A stretch of 58,999 nt of DNA from IMG/VR virus record IMGVR_UViG_3300010966_000080, positions 1-58,999 of that record, one strand, 5' to 3'. A program made the position numbers and the translations under genes. Below are positions 25,647 to 34,730 of this stretch, piece by piece (the stretch's first letter is position 1; each line of letters starts with the position of its first letter). Origin of the DNA: a virus (Duplodnaviria > Caudoviricetes). The notes beneath the pieces are model-generated. The model was not told where the DNA came from. It was given only the letters and a program-made list of their open reading frames with translations, and did not search any database.

Positions 25647-26300
25647 ATGGCCACCACGATGACTTTCGAGACGCTGAAGCAAGACGTGCGGCGCTACCTA
25701 GAGCGCGGCGCGACCCTTGCCTCGGACGCCATTGTGTTCGAGCAGATCCCGCGCCTCATCAATCTGGCCGAGAGGCGGATTGCCCGCGAGCTGAAGGTGC
25801 AGGGCTTCATCGCCGCTGTCACCGACACGCTGGTCCCCGGGCAGTCTGTCTACCCCAAGCCGGACCGCTGGCGCGACACCGTGTCGATCAACATCGGCAC
25901 CGGTGTCGCGCTCGCCAACCGCACATTCTTGTGGACCCGCGACTACGAGTACCTGCGCTCGTATTGGCCGAACGAGAGCGAGACCGCGACGCCGGTCTTC
26001 TACGCGGACTACGATTACACGCACTGGCTGGTCGCGCCGACGCCCGATCAGGCCTACCCGTTTGAGGTGCTCTACTACGAGCTGCCGCCGCTGCTCGACG
26101 ACAGCATCCAGACCAACTGGCTGACGGAATACGCGCCCCAGCTCCTGCTGTACGGCACGCTGCTTGAGGCGACCCCGTTCCTCAAGAATGACGAACGCAT
26201 CGGGACATGGCAGCAGTTCTACGACCGCGCCGCCGCGATGCTCAACGGCGAAGATCTCGCCAAGATACTCGACCGCTCTGCGGTTCGTAAGGAGGCGTAA
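25647..26300 (+). CDS. portal adaptor / tail tubular protein A-like
   Basis: IP.LI.LAE.RI.RELK, VAPTPD..Y..E..YY, TNWL...APQLLLYG.L.EA. Confidence 0.75.
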   Translation: MATTMTFETLKQDVRRYLERGATLASDAIVFEQIPRLINLAERRIARELKVQGFIAAVTDTLVPGQSVYPKPDRWRDTVSINIGTGVALANRTFLWTRDYEYLRSYWPNESETATPVFYADYDYTHWLVAPTPDQAYPFEVLYYELPPLLDDSIQTNWLTEYAPQLLLYGTLLEATPFLKNDERIGTWQQFYDRAAAMLNGEDLAKILDRSAVRKEA

Positions 26301-26303
26301 GCC

Positions 26304-28406
26304 GTGGCATATACTTCAGTTTTTGGCGGCAACACCATTTACCCCTCGGACGTGTCGTACCTGCCGCTGGCACTGTCCGCCGACACGCCACTCGAGTGGC
26401 CGCTGGAGAGCTCCGGCACTGAGGCCCCGGCGGCGCGCATCATCGACGTGACGCCCAGCGCCTCGGGCTACAGCGTCGTCCTGCCTGACGCCACCTTGAC
26501 CGGCGCCGGGCAGACGCTGCTGTTCAACAACCTCAGCGGCTCGGAGAGCTTCTACGTCAAGGACTTCGCAGGCAACACCCTCGCGACCGTCACCTTCGGC
26601 ACGCAGTGGCAGCTCTATCTGGCGGTCACGACGACCGCCGCCGGGACGTGGCGCGTGTTCCGCTACGGCGCCTCTACCGCCACGGTGCAGCCCTCGGCGC
26701 TGGCGGGCTACGGCCTCACCGTCACCGGCTCGGCCCTGTCGCAGGCGGTGCCCGTCACCACGTTCTCCACCACCGGCCTGACCGCGTCCGTCGCGAACCG
26801 CGCGAGTGCCTTCGTGTGGACCGGCAGCGGCGCGGGCACGCTGAACTTGCTCCCCGCCGTCACGGCGGGCAACAACTACTTCGTCATCGTCCGCAACGAG
26901 GGTGGCGGCGATCTCACGCTGGATCCGTCCGGCACCGAGACGATCAACAACGCCTCCACCCTGATCATGCGCCCCGGCGATAGCTGCACGGTCATCACCG
27001 ACGGCCTCGAGTGGTACACCATCGGCCTCGGGCAGAACCCTGTCTTCGCATTCGACTACACGTCGATCTCCGTCACCGGCGGCACGTACACGCTCTCCGG
27101 CTCTGAGCTGAACCGCATCGCGTACAAGTTCGTCGGCGCCCTGACGAGCGACGTGTACGTCGTCGTCCCGTCCACGGTGCAGCAGTACTGGATCACGAAC
27201 GCGACCACCGGCGCGTTCAACTTCTACGTGCAGACCTTCGGCGGCACGCCGGTGCAGGTGAACCAGAACGCGAAGAACATCTACTACTGCGACGGCAGCG
27301 GCATCATCCTCGCCTCCGACCCGACCAGCTTCGCCCTGCCAGTGACTGTAGGCGACGGCGGCACCGGCGCGACGACCGCCTCCGCCGCGCGCCTCAACCT
27401 CGGCATCACTGCCTTCGCCGACGGCATCGTCACCGCCACGACGGGCGCCGGTGTACGCACCATCATCGGCGCGGCGGCCTCTGGCGCCAACAGCGACATC
27501 ACGTCGCTGAGCGGCCTCACCACGGCGCTCAGCGTCGCGCAGGGCGGCACGGGCACCACGTCCTCGACGGGCACCGGCTCTGTGGTGTTGTCGTCGTCGC
27601 CCACCCTCGTGACGCCGACGCTCGGCGCGGCCTCGGCCACCAGCATCACCAACGGGCTGGGCGCGGCCGCCACGCCGTCGTACACCTTCACGGGCGACCT
27701 CAATACCGGCGTGTGGTCGCCGGGGGTAGACATCATAGCGGTCAGCACTGGCGGCTCCGAGCGCCTTCGGGTGGGCAGCACAGGCAGTGTCAGCGTCGGC
27801 ACTACGTCGGCAGGCTTCGCTTTGCGTGTGGGCGGTGTTCTGGGCGATCTCAAGATCGGCCCCACGACGGGCACCCAAGACGGCTACCTCTACATCGACA
27901 ACACCAATTCGTTCGGCGCAGTGGTGTTCCAGAACGCGGGCGTCACATTCGGAACTCTCACTGCGATAAACAGCACGGGCTTGTTCCACAATTTCACCAA
28001 CCACGTCTTCCGCAGCTCGGCGAGCGTGGAGTACGGAAGGTTCAACAGTTCCGGAAGTTTCCTGATCACTGGCGCTGGCGGCATCGGCTACGGCACCGGC
28101 TCGGGCGGCGCGGTCACCCAGATCACCAGCCGAACCACTAGCGTCACGCTCAACAAGACCAATGGCGCGATCACGCTGGTGTCGGCGGCGGGGACCACTA
28201 CGTGGCAGTCGTTCACCGTCAACAACTCGACCGTTGCTGACACGGACGTTGTTTGCGTGAGCCAGAAGTCGGGCACTGACACCTACCAGTACGCCGTCAC
28301 CAACGTCTCGGCGGGCAGCTTTCAGCTTTCGTTTCGCACCGTGGTCGGCACCACCGTCGAGCAGCCGGTGTTCAACTTCGCCGTCATCAAGGCGGTCACG
28401 AGCTAA
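26304..28406 (+). CDS. tail fibre/spike-like protein
   Basis: 700 aa, G/T/S-rich; GGTGATT, SGANSDITSL and VTQ.TSRTT.VTLN segments typical of fibres. Confidence 0.7.
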   Translation: MAYTSVFGGNTIYPSDVSYLPLALSADTPLEWPLESSGTEAPAARIIDVTPSASGYSVVLPDATLTGAGQTLLFNNLSGSESFYVKDFAGNTLATVTFGTQWQLYLAVTTTAAGTWRVFRYGASTATVQPSALAGYGLTVTGSALSQAVPVTTFSTTGLTASVANRASAFVWTGSGAGTLNLLPAVTAGNNYFVIVRNEGGGDLTLDPSGTETINNASTLIMRPGDSCTVITDGLEWYTIGLGQNPVFAFDYTSISVTGGTYTLSGSELNRIAYKFVGALTSDVYVVVPSTVQQYWITNATTGAFNFYVQTFGGTPVQVNQNAKNIYYCDGSGIILASDPTSFALPVTVGDGGTGATTASAARLNLGITAFADGIVTATTGAGVRTIIGAAASGANSDITSLSGLTTALSVAQGGTGTTSSTGTGSVVLSSSPTLVTPTLGAASATSITNGLGAAATPSYTFTGDLNTGVWSPGVDIIAVSTGGSERLRVGSTGSVSVGTTSAGFALRVGGVLGDLKIGPTTGTQDGYLYIDNTNSFGAVVFQNAGVTFGTLTAINSTGLFHNFTNHVFRSSASVEYGRFNSSGSFLITGAGGIGYGTGSGGAVTQITSRTTSVTLNKTNGAITLVSAAGTTTWQSFTVNNSTVADTDVVCVSQKSGTDTYQYAVTNVSAGSFQLSFRTVVGTTVEQPVFNFAVIKAVTS

Positions 28407-28417
28407 GGATCCACCCT

Positions 28418-30037
28418 GTGGCCGAAAACATTGTCCAGATACGGTCACTCCCCGGCATCAAGCGGGACGGCACCAAGTTCGAGGGCGACGCGTATGTCGA
28501 CGGCCAGTGGGTGCGCTGGCAGCGCGGCCTGCCGCGCAAGATCGGCGGCTACCGGGCGGTCAGCAAGTACCTGCGTGAGGTCAGCCGCGCGCTGCACGAG
28601 TACACCAGAAACCTGCTGACCTACATTCACAGCGGCTCGGCCAACTACGTCGAGCGCTTCTACATCGACACGTCGCTCAACACGAGCGTGATCACCAACC
28701 GCACGCCCAGCACCCTCGTGCAGGACGACCGTAACATGTGGCAGTTCGACGTGGACACGGCGGCTGGGTTGGGCGGCAGCCAGATCGTCGCGCAAGTCGC
28801 GCCGAACTTGGATTGCATTTGCAACAGCGAGGGCGGGCAGCTCTTCTATGGCGACCTGTTCGGTACCGCCCCGCTGCAGGAAATCACGAGCCTGCCGACC
28901 GGATACAGCGTCACCGGCGGCGTCGTCGTCCTGCACCCCTACACCCTCGCCTTCGGGGACAACGGCTACGTCATGTGGTCGGTGCCCGGCGACCCGACGG
29001 ACTTCCTCGGCATCGGATCCGGCGCGACCAACATCACCGGGCAGAAGATCGTCCGGGGCATGCCGCTGCGCGGCGGGCCGGGCAACTCCCCCTCGGGCCT
29101 CCTGTGGTCGGCGGACAGCCTCCTGCGCGCCACCTTCGTCGGCGGCGACGCAATCTTCCAGTTCGACACGATCAGCGCCCAGACGTCGATCCTCGGCGCG
29201 AATACCGTGATCGAATACGATGGCATTTTCTACTGGATCGGCACGGACCGCTTCCTGATGTTCAACGGCGTCGTGCGCGAGGTCGAGAACAACATGAACC
29301 AGAATTTCTTCTTCGACGGCCTCAACATGCAGCACCGCCAGAAGGTCTTCGTGTTCAAGGTTCCGCGCTACGGTGAAATCTGGTGGTGCTTCCCGCTCGG
29401 CGACGCCACTGAGCCGTCGCACGCGATCATCTACAACACGCGCGAGAACTCGTGGTACGACTGCGCGCTGCCCAACGGCGGCCGCTCCGCCGCCACCTTC
29501 GCGTCGGTATTCCCCAAGCCGCTTATGACGGGCGTACACCCGACGATAAGCGGCAACCAGACGCGCGTCGCTGAGAACGGCGACATCCGGATCAGCGAGA
29601 CCGGCGGCATCCGCGTCACGCAAGAGAGCGAGATCCCGCAATACCGCCTGTGGGTCCACGAGACTGGCACGGACGAGGTCGACGGCCTCACCGTCAACCC
29701 AATTCAGTCCTACTTCGAGACCGGCGACATATCCCTGCCGGTGCAGAGCGGCGTGAACAAGTCCCTCGAGATCGCCATAATCGAGCCGGATTTCGTGCAG
29801 TCCGGCGACATGACGGTGCAGGTGCGTGGCCGCGCCAACGCCCGCGCGCCCGAGGTCAACAGCGAGGTGAAGACCATCGTCGCGGAGGCCACGACGCCAG
29901 AGGAGCAGATTGCGTACTTCAAGACGCAGCGCCGCGAGCTGCGCTTCCGCTTCGAAAGCAACTGCGTCGGCGGCGACTACCAGACAGGCCTCATCCTCGC
30001 GCACGTCCAGCCCGGCGACGGCACGGTTCTTGGGTGA
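28418..30037 (+). CDS. tail hub / DNA-stabilisation protein (P22 gp10-like)
   Basis: PGIKRDGT...D..WVR..RG.PRKIGG; EIWW.FP; IIYN..E..WY; aromatic beta-propeller pattern. Confidence 0.7.
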   Translation: MAENIVQIRSLPGIKRDGTKFEGDAYVDGQWVRWQRGLPRKIGGYRAVSKYLREVSRALHEYTRNLLTYIHSGSANYVERFYIDTSLNTSVITNRTPSTLVQDDRNMWQFDVDTAAGLGGSQIVAQVAPNLDCICNSEGGQLFYGDLFGTAPLQEITSLPTGYSVTGGVVVLHPYTLAFGDNGYVMWSVPGDPTDFLGIGSGATNITGQKIVRGMPLRGGPGNSPSGLLWSADSLLRATFVGGDAIFQFDTISAQTSILGANTVIEYDGIFYWIGTDRFLMFNGVVREVENNMNQNFFFDGLNMQHRQKVFVFKVPRYGEIWWCFPLGDATEPSHAIIYNTRENSWYDCALPNGGRSAATFASVFPKPLMTGVHPTISGNQTRVAENGDIRISETGGIRVTQESEIPQYRLWVHETGTDEVDGLTVNPIQSYFETGDISLPVQSGVNKSLEIAIIEPDFVQSGDMTVQVRGRANARAPEVNSEVKTIVAEATTPEEQIAYFKTQRRELRFRFESNCVGGDYQTGLILAHVQPGDGTVLG

Positions 30038-30270
30038 TGATCGACCCGCGCGGCATGACATTGCTTCAGTGGGCGGATGCGGTTATACTCGCCGTCGGTG
30101 ACGCTTGGTCGTTCGGCCGCCTAGTTGACGAAAACGACTGGCAGGCGTGGGCTACAGCTTTCGTACGCGCGCAGCCTTTTGCGCAGCGCAACCCCCCGAA
30201 CCCGTACCAATTTACCGAGTGGCGCGACTGGGCCATGCGTGCATATCCAATGCTTGAGGGACAAGGCTGA
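30037..30270 (+). CDS. small Trp-rich protein
   Basis: MIDPRGM...WA...WQ.WA...PNPYQF.EW.DWA; coupled to neighbours. Confidence 0.65.
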   Translation: MIDPRGMTLLQWADAVILAVGDAWSFGRLVDENDWQAWATAFVRAQPFAQRNPPNPYQFTEWRDWAMRAYPMLEGQG

Positions 30271-32795
30271 TGCCCGACGAATACGGCTACGATCCTGCCA
30301 TGGACTACGGCGCGCTGCAGGCGGCCGCACAGCCGACGCCCCAGACCATCCCCACTGTCACGACTGCGCAGCCGACGCCCCAGACCATCCCCACTGTCAC
30401 GACTGCGCAGGTTCCAGTCGGGGGCTTGTCGTACACGGCATCCGGCATGCCTTACGCCAGCGACCCCAACATGACGGAAGCAGATTTCCTCGCCGGATTG
30501 GCCTCCGCGCCCCCTGTGGTCATGCCGTCGACGACCGCCACCCAGAACTACATGGCTGCGGCGCGCAATCCCGGCCTACCCGCGCACTTGCAGTACACCC
30601 CGATCACACAGACGCTGAACGCGGGGTACGACCCAAAGGCAACCTTCTCGCTCCCGGCGGGGTCCGAGTTCACCATGACGGATCAGGAGCGTAACGACGC
30701 CTACGTAAACTGGCTGCGGGAAGTTCAGCAGTACCAGAACAAAAACTGGGTGGTACAGACGGCTCCGACCGGTTACGGCGGCGTCAACATGGCGCTGCAG
30801 TCGGGCACGCCTTACGTCCTCCGCAACAACGAGACTGGCGAAACCGTCGCGCAAGGCAGCGACGACGCCACCCTAGAGCGGATCGCGGGCCTTATTTTGG
30901 GCGGCTCGCTCGGCGACAATTGGCAGCTCTTCGAGCCGGGCCAGAGTGCGTACGGCAACCTGACTGCGGGCGTGGATGGCGCTGCGTCAGCGGTTGGGGG
31001 GAACACCGGCTACGGCAACTCGGAATATGTTGAGGGCACGAATGGGCAGCCGGGGTACTGGCTGAACCCGGTAGCCGGGGCTCTGCCAACGCCGGGGTGG
31101 CTCGGAGAATTTTTAAAAACGGCCCTTACTGTGTGGGGTGCGCCGATAGGCGCAATGCACCTCGCCCCCTTGCTCGGTGGCGGCCTTCTGGGGGCTGCTG
31201 GCGCGGGCGCAGTGACCGGAGGCGCAACTAGCGCTATCAACGGCGGTGACATCCTCAAGGGCGCGCTGTTGGGTGGTGCTGGTGGGGCCGCGATGTACGG
31301 TCTGGGGTCGGCCGTCGGCCCGGCAACAAGTGGCCCGAGCGGCGGCTCGGGCAGCGGCTCGGGCAGCGGCTCGGGCAGCGCTCCAACCGGAGGCGACCCT
31401 GCGATTGTCGTCACTGGCGGTGGTGGGTCGCCTGTGTTCACCCCACCCACCCCTGTGCTGGCGTCGAACACCGCGCAACAACAGCAGCAGCAGCAAGGCC
31501 CACTGTCCGACCCCAATCTGGTGCCGGGCGAGACACCTATCACGGTGGTAGGTGGTGGATCGCCTGTGTTCACCGCGCCTCCGGGGGTTCTCGGGATGGG
31601 CGCGTCCGCTCTGGCGGGGCTGAACACGCAGATGGCCCTTGATATAGCAGCGCAGCAGCAGGCTGAGCAGCAGGCGGAGGAGCAGGCCGCCCTCAACGAG
31701 ATCGTCGTCACTGGCGCGCGGCCGAGCCCCAGCCCAATTCTAGCTCCCAGCGCGCCCGACGTGTATCGACCGATTACGGACGCGAACCCGGCGGTCACCG
31801 CGCTGCAGAACCAGTACGCAAACGACTTCCCCGACCCCAACGAGATCGTCGTGGCCGGGAAGCCCGGCGGTGACTTGGGTGCCCTGAGCTCGCTGGTCGC
31901 GCCGACGCTGATCAGCAGCCCCAGCCAACTGGCCAATTTGCAACAGCAGACGGTGGATCCGACCAACCCCGACGAGATCGTCGTGACGGCGAAACCCAAC
32001 CCGGTCGTAACGCCCACGATACCCGACCTGACGACCCCGATCACAAACGCAACGACCGAGACACCCGCGCCTGAGAAGTCGACACTCGACAAGATCGCCG
32101 ACTACCTGCAGCTCGGCAGTCTGGGCATCGGTCTCGGCAGCACCCTCCTCGGCGGGGGCGGCGGAGGCGGCGCGCTGGCCAAGATCCCCGGCGGCCTCGG
32201 CTCCGGCTCTGGTAGCGGTATCTACTCGGCCAAGCTCCCGACCCCCGGACAGGGCGGCGCGTTCACCGTCGGCGGCCTCGGCGGAGGCACAGGGGCTGGC
32301 GGAGCCACAGGCTCGGGCCGCGTTGGTGGCACCGCTCCGGCTGGCGGCTGGTCGCAGTACGGCGCAGGCTCCGGCGGTGCAGGCTCCGGCGGCGCCGGTG
32401 GTTCCTCTTTCGCCAGCCTCATACCGCAATACGGCGGCGTAAACCCGCCCGGCTTCGACACGGACACGTGGCGCTGGCTCGGGCCGCAATTGGCCAACGC
32501 GCCGATGCTCGACACCTCGCGGCTTCCCGTGCGGATGGCGCACGGCGGCTACGCCGTCGGCGGCCCCGGTGACGGGCGCAGTGACGAGATCCCGGCGATG
32601 TTGTCCGACGGCGAGTACGTCATCGACGCCGAGACTGTCGCCCTGCTCGGCAACGGCTCGAACAAGGCCGGAGCGCAGCAACTCGACCGCTTCCGCGCCA
32701 ATATCCGCAAACACAAGGGCCGTGAGTTGGCTCGAGGCGACTTTAGTGTTAACGCTAAGCGGCCTGAAACATACCTGTCAGGAGGACGTTCGTAA
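30270..32795 (+). CDS. putative internal virion/ejection protein with TonB-box-like repeats
   Basis: Gly-rich hydrophobic segments; (E/A)IVV(T/A) repeats; C-terminal GPGDGRSDEIPAMLSDGEYV. Confidence 0.65.
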   Translation: MPDEYGYDPAMDYGALQAAAQPTPQTIPTVTTAQPTPQTIPTVTTAQVPVGGLSYTASGMPYASDPNMTEADFLAGLASAPPVVMPSTTATQNYMAAARNPGLPAHLQYTPITQTLNAGYDPKATFSLPAGSEFTMTDQERNDAYVNWLREVQQYQNKNWVVQTAPTGYGGVNMALQSGTPYVLRNNETGETVAQGSDDATLERIAGLILGGSLGDNWQLFEPGQSAYGNLTAGVDGAASAVGGNTGYGNSEYVEGTNGQPGYWLNPVAGALPTPGWLGEFLKTALTVWGAPIGAMHLAPLLGGGLLGAAGAGAVTGGATSAINGGDILKGALLGGAGGAAMYGLGSAVGPATSGPSGGSGSGSGSGSGSAPTGGDPAIVVTGGGGSPVFTPPTPVLASNTAQQQQQQQGPLSDPNLVPGETPITVVGGGSPVFTAPPGVLGMGASALAGLNTQMALDIAAQQQAEQQAEEQAALNEIVVTGARPSPSPILAPSAPDVYRPITDANPAVTALQNQYANDFPDPNEIVVAGKPGGDLGALSSLVAPTLISSPSQLANLQQQTVDPTNPDEIVVTAKPNPVVTPTIPDLTTPITNATTETPAPEKSTLDKIADYLQLGSLGIGLGSTLLGGGGGGGALAKIPGGLGSGSGSGIYSAKLPTPGQGGAFTVGGLGGGTGAGGATGSGRVGGTAPAGGWSQYGAGSGGAGSGGAGGSSFASLIPQYGGVNPPGFDTDTWRWLGPQLANAPMLDTSRLPVRMAHGGYAVGGPGDGRSDEIPAMLSDGEYVIDAETVALLGNGSNKAGAQQLDRFRANIRKHKGRELARGDFSVNAKRPETYLSGGRS
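30330..30407 (+). repeat. perfect 39-bp tandem duplication (QPTPQTIPTVTTA x2)
   Basis: Two identical units read directly. Confidence 0.9.
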
Positions 32796-33826
32796 TGGCT
32801 CTCAGTGATTTCCTGACGGAGGGGGCGACCGTACCCGCTGGCTCCGCCGTCAAGGCGCTCAGCACGTCCACCGTCCTGCCCGACTGGTACACCAACTACG
32901 GCATGGACATCCTTGCCAACCAGAAGGCAGTGGCGGCGCAGCCGTTCCAGACGTACACCGACGCCAGCGGCCAGCCGATCCAGCGCTTCGCCGGGTTCTC
33001 GCCGGTGCAGCAGGCTGGCTTCAACCAGACGCAGCAGGGCGTGAACGTCTTCCGGCCCGAGCTGAACGTCGCCTCGCAGCAGACGCAGAACACCTTCGGG
33101 CGCTCTGGCGTGACCGCCGCGCAGCCGTACTTCAGCAACGCGGCGCAGACGGCGACGGCCAACATCGGCCAGTACACGAACCCGTACACCGAGCAGGTCG
33201 TCGACCGCATCGGAAAGATGGGCCTCCGCACGCTGAACGAGCAGCTCCTGCCCGGCATCAGCGACCGCATGATCGCCGCAGGCCAGTTCGGCGGCACGCG
33301 GCAGGCGGAGCTCATGGGCCGCGCCCTGCGCGACACCATGGAGGGCGTCTCGGCCCAGCAGGCGCAGGCGCTGCAGCAGGGCTACGGTCAGGCCCTCGGG
33401 GCCTCCCAGACCGACCTGTCGCGGCAGGCGCAGCTCGGCCAGCAGATGGGCGCACTGTACGGCGCAGACACGTCCGCGCAAGTGGGCGCCGCGCAGCAGA
33501 TGGGCGCACTGGCGCAGCAGCGCCAGCAGCAGGAGCTCGCCGGTGCGGGCGCCCTGCAGCAGGTCGGCGCGCAGCAGCAGGGCCTCGATCAGCAGAACCT
33601 CGACTTCCTGCGGGCCGAGTGGGAGCGCCAGCAGGCCTACCCGCAGCAGCAGATCACCGCCATGGGCGGTGCGCTGGGCACCGTGGCGAATGCCGTGCCG
33701 AAGACCGTCGAGGAGTTCGGCATCACGCCGAACGCCAACCCGACGACGTCCACCGGGCAGACCATCGCCGCAGGCCTCGCGGGCCTCGGCGGCGTCCTGT
33801 CCGCTATCGGAACGCTGGGAGGCTGA
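32795..33826 (+). CDS. putative DNA-ejection protein
   Basis: Q/A/G-rich; YTNPY..QV; GQFGGTR; hydrophobic Gly-rich C-terminus. Confidence 0.65.
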   Translation: MALSDFLTEGATVPAGSAVKALSTSTVLPDWYTNYGMDILANQKAVAAQPFQTYTDASGQPIQRFAGFSPVQQAGFNQTQQGVNVFRPELNVASQQTQNTFGRSGVTAAQPYFSNAAQTATANIGQYTNPYTEQVVDRIGKMGLRTLNEQLLPGISDRMIAAGQFGGTRQAELMGRALRDTMEGVSAQQAQALQQGYGQALGASQTDLSRQAQLGQQMGALYGADTSAQVGAAQQMGALAQQRQQQELAGAGALQQVGAQQQGLDQQNLDFLRAEWERQQAYPQQQITAMGGALGTVANAVPKTVEEFGITPNANPTTSTGQTIAAGLAGLGGVLSAIGTLGG

Positions 33827-33827
33827 G

Positions 33828-34730
33828 ATGGGCTCATCACCGGATAACGTACTGAACAGGGATGTGTGGGACGGCATCGTTCGGCTCAAGGGGCGCCCTT
33901 GGGCTGAGCAGTGGCGCGCGCAGAACAACCTCCAAGTCGAGGGGACACCCCAGTACCCGATACAGCCACTCGGCGGGGAATTGCCGCCTACCAATCCAGA
34001 CCAACCTCCGGTATATCCGAGCCAGCCACTCGATGCCGCCCAGCCGCAAGGAGTTCCGACCATGGACGAGACCGAAGACAGCGCAGACTTCGGCGGTCCT
34101 GACGGGGGTGCGCTGGACTACGCCAGCATGACGCCGCAGACGATCTTCCGGTCGATGGGCGACCTGCAGGGCAAAATCGCGAAGCTCTCCCCGGCCATGG
34201 GCCAGACGGATTACGAGGCCGCGCGCCAGAAGATCGCAGAGCGCCGGTACGGCCCGTCGCGCGCCGAGCAGCTCTTCGCGCTGTCCGCCGCCCTCGCCAA
34301 GCCGACGTACGCCGGTAACCGGTTCGGTCAGATCATAGGCAACGTGGCTCCCGCGCTGGCCGACACCGAGCGCGCCCGCCGCGAGGCTACGGAGGCGCGT
34401 GAGACCGCGCTGGAGCAGTTGAAGCAGCAGTACCTGACCGGGCAGAACGCCACCGAGCGGCAGAAGCTCGAGGCGCAGCTCGGTCTGGTCAAGACTGCCG
34501 CCCAGATGGTGAAGCCTGCCGCTGGGCTGAGCTACGACGCGCAGCGCGGTGTCTTCGTGGACAAGAACAACCCACGCCCCACCTCGAACGTATACTATGA
34601 CCCGAAGGCGGGGGTCCGCCTCGTGCAGTGGCAGGACGGCTACTGGCGCAAGGACAACCCGGACGGCACCGTGAGCGTGTTCGAAAGGTACGGCGACGAG
34701 TTCAGGCCTTTGACTGGGGGTGCGCGATGA
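33828..34730 (+). CDS. putative ejection protein
   Basis: ATG after GGAGG; helical coiled coil; position among ejection genes. Confidence 0.6.
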   Translation: MGSSPDNVLNRDVWDGIVRLKGRPWAEQWRAQNNLQVEGTPQYPIQPLGGELPPTNPDQPPVYPSQPLDAAQPQGVPTMDETEDSADFGGPDGGALDYASMTPQTIFRSMGDLQGKIAKLSPAMGQTDYEAARQKIAERRYGPSRAEQLFALSAALAKPTYAGNRFGQIIGNVAPALADTERARREATEARETALEQLKQQYLTGQNATERQKLEAQLGLVKTAAQMVKPAAGLSYDAQRGVFVDKNNPRPTSNVYYDPKAGVRLVQWQDGYWRKDNPDGTVSVFERYGDEFRPLTGGAR

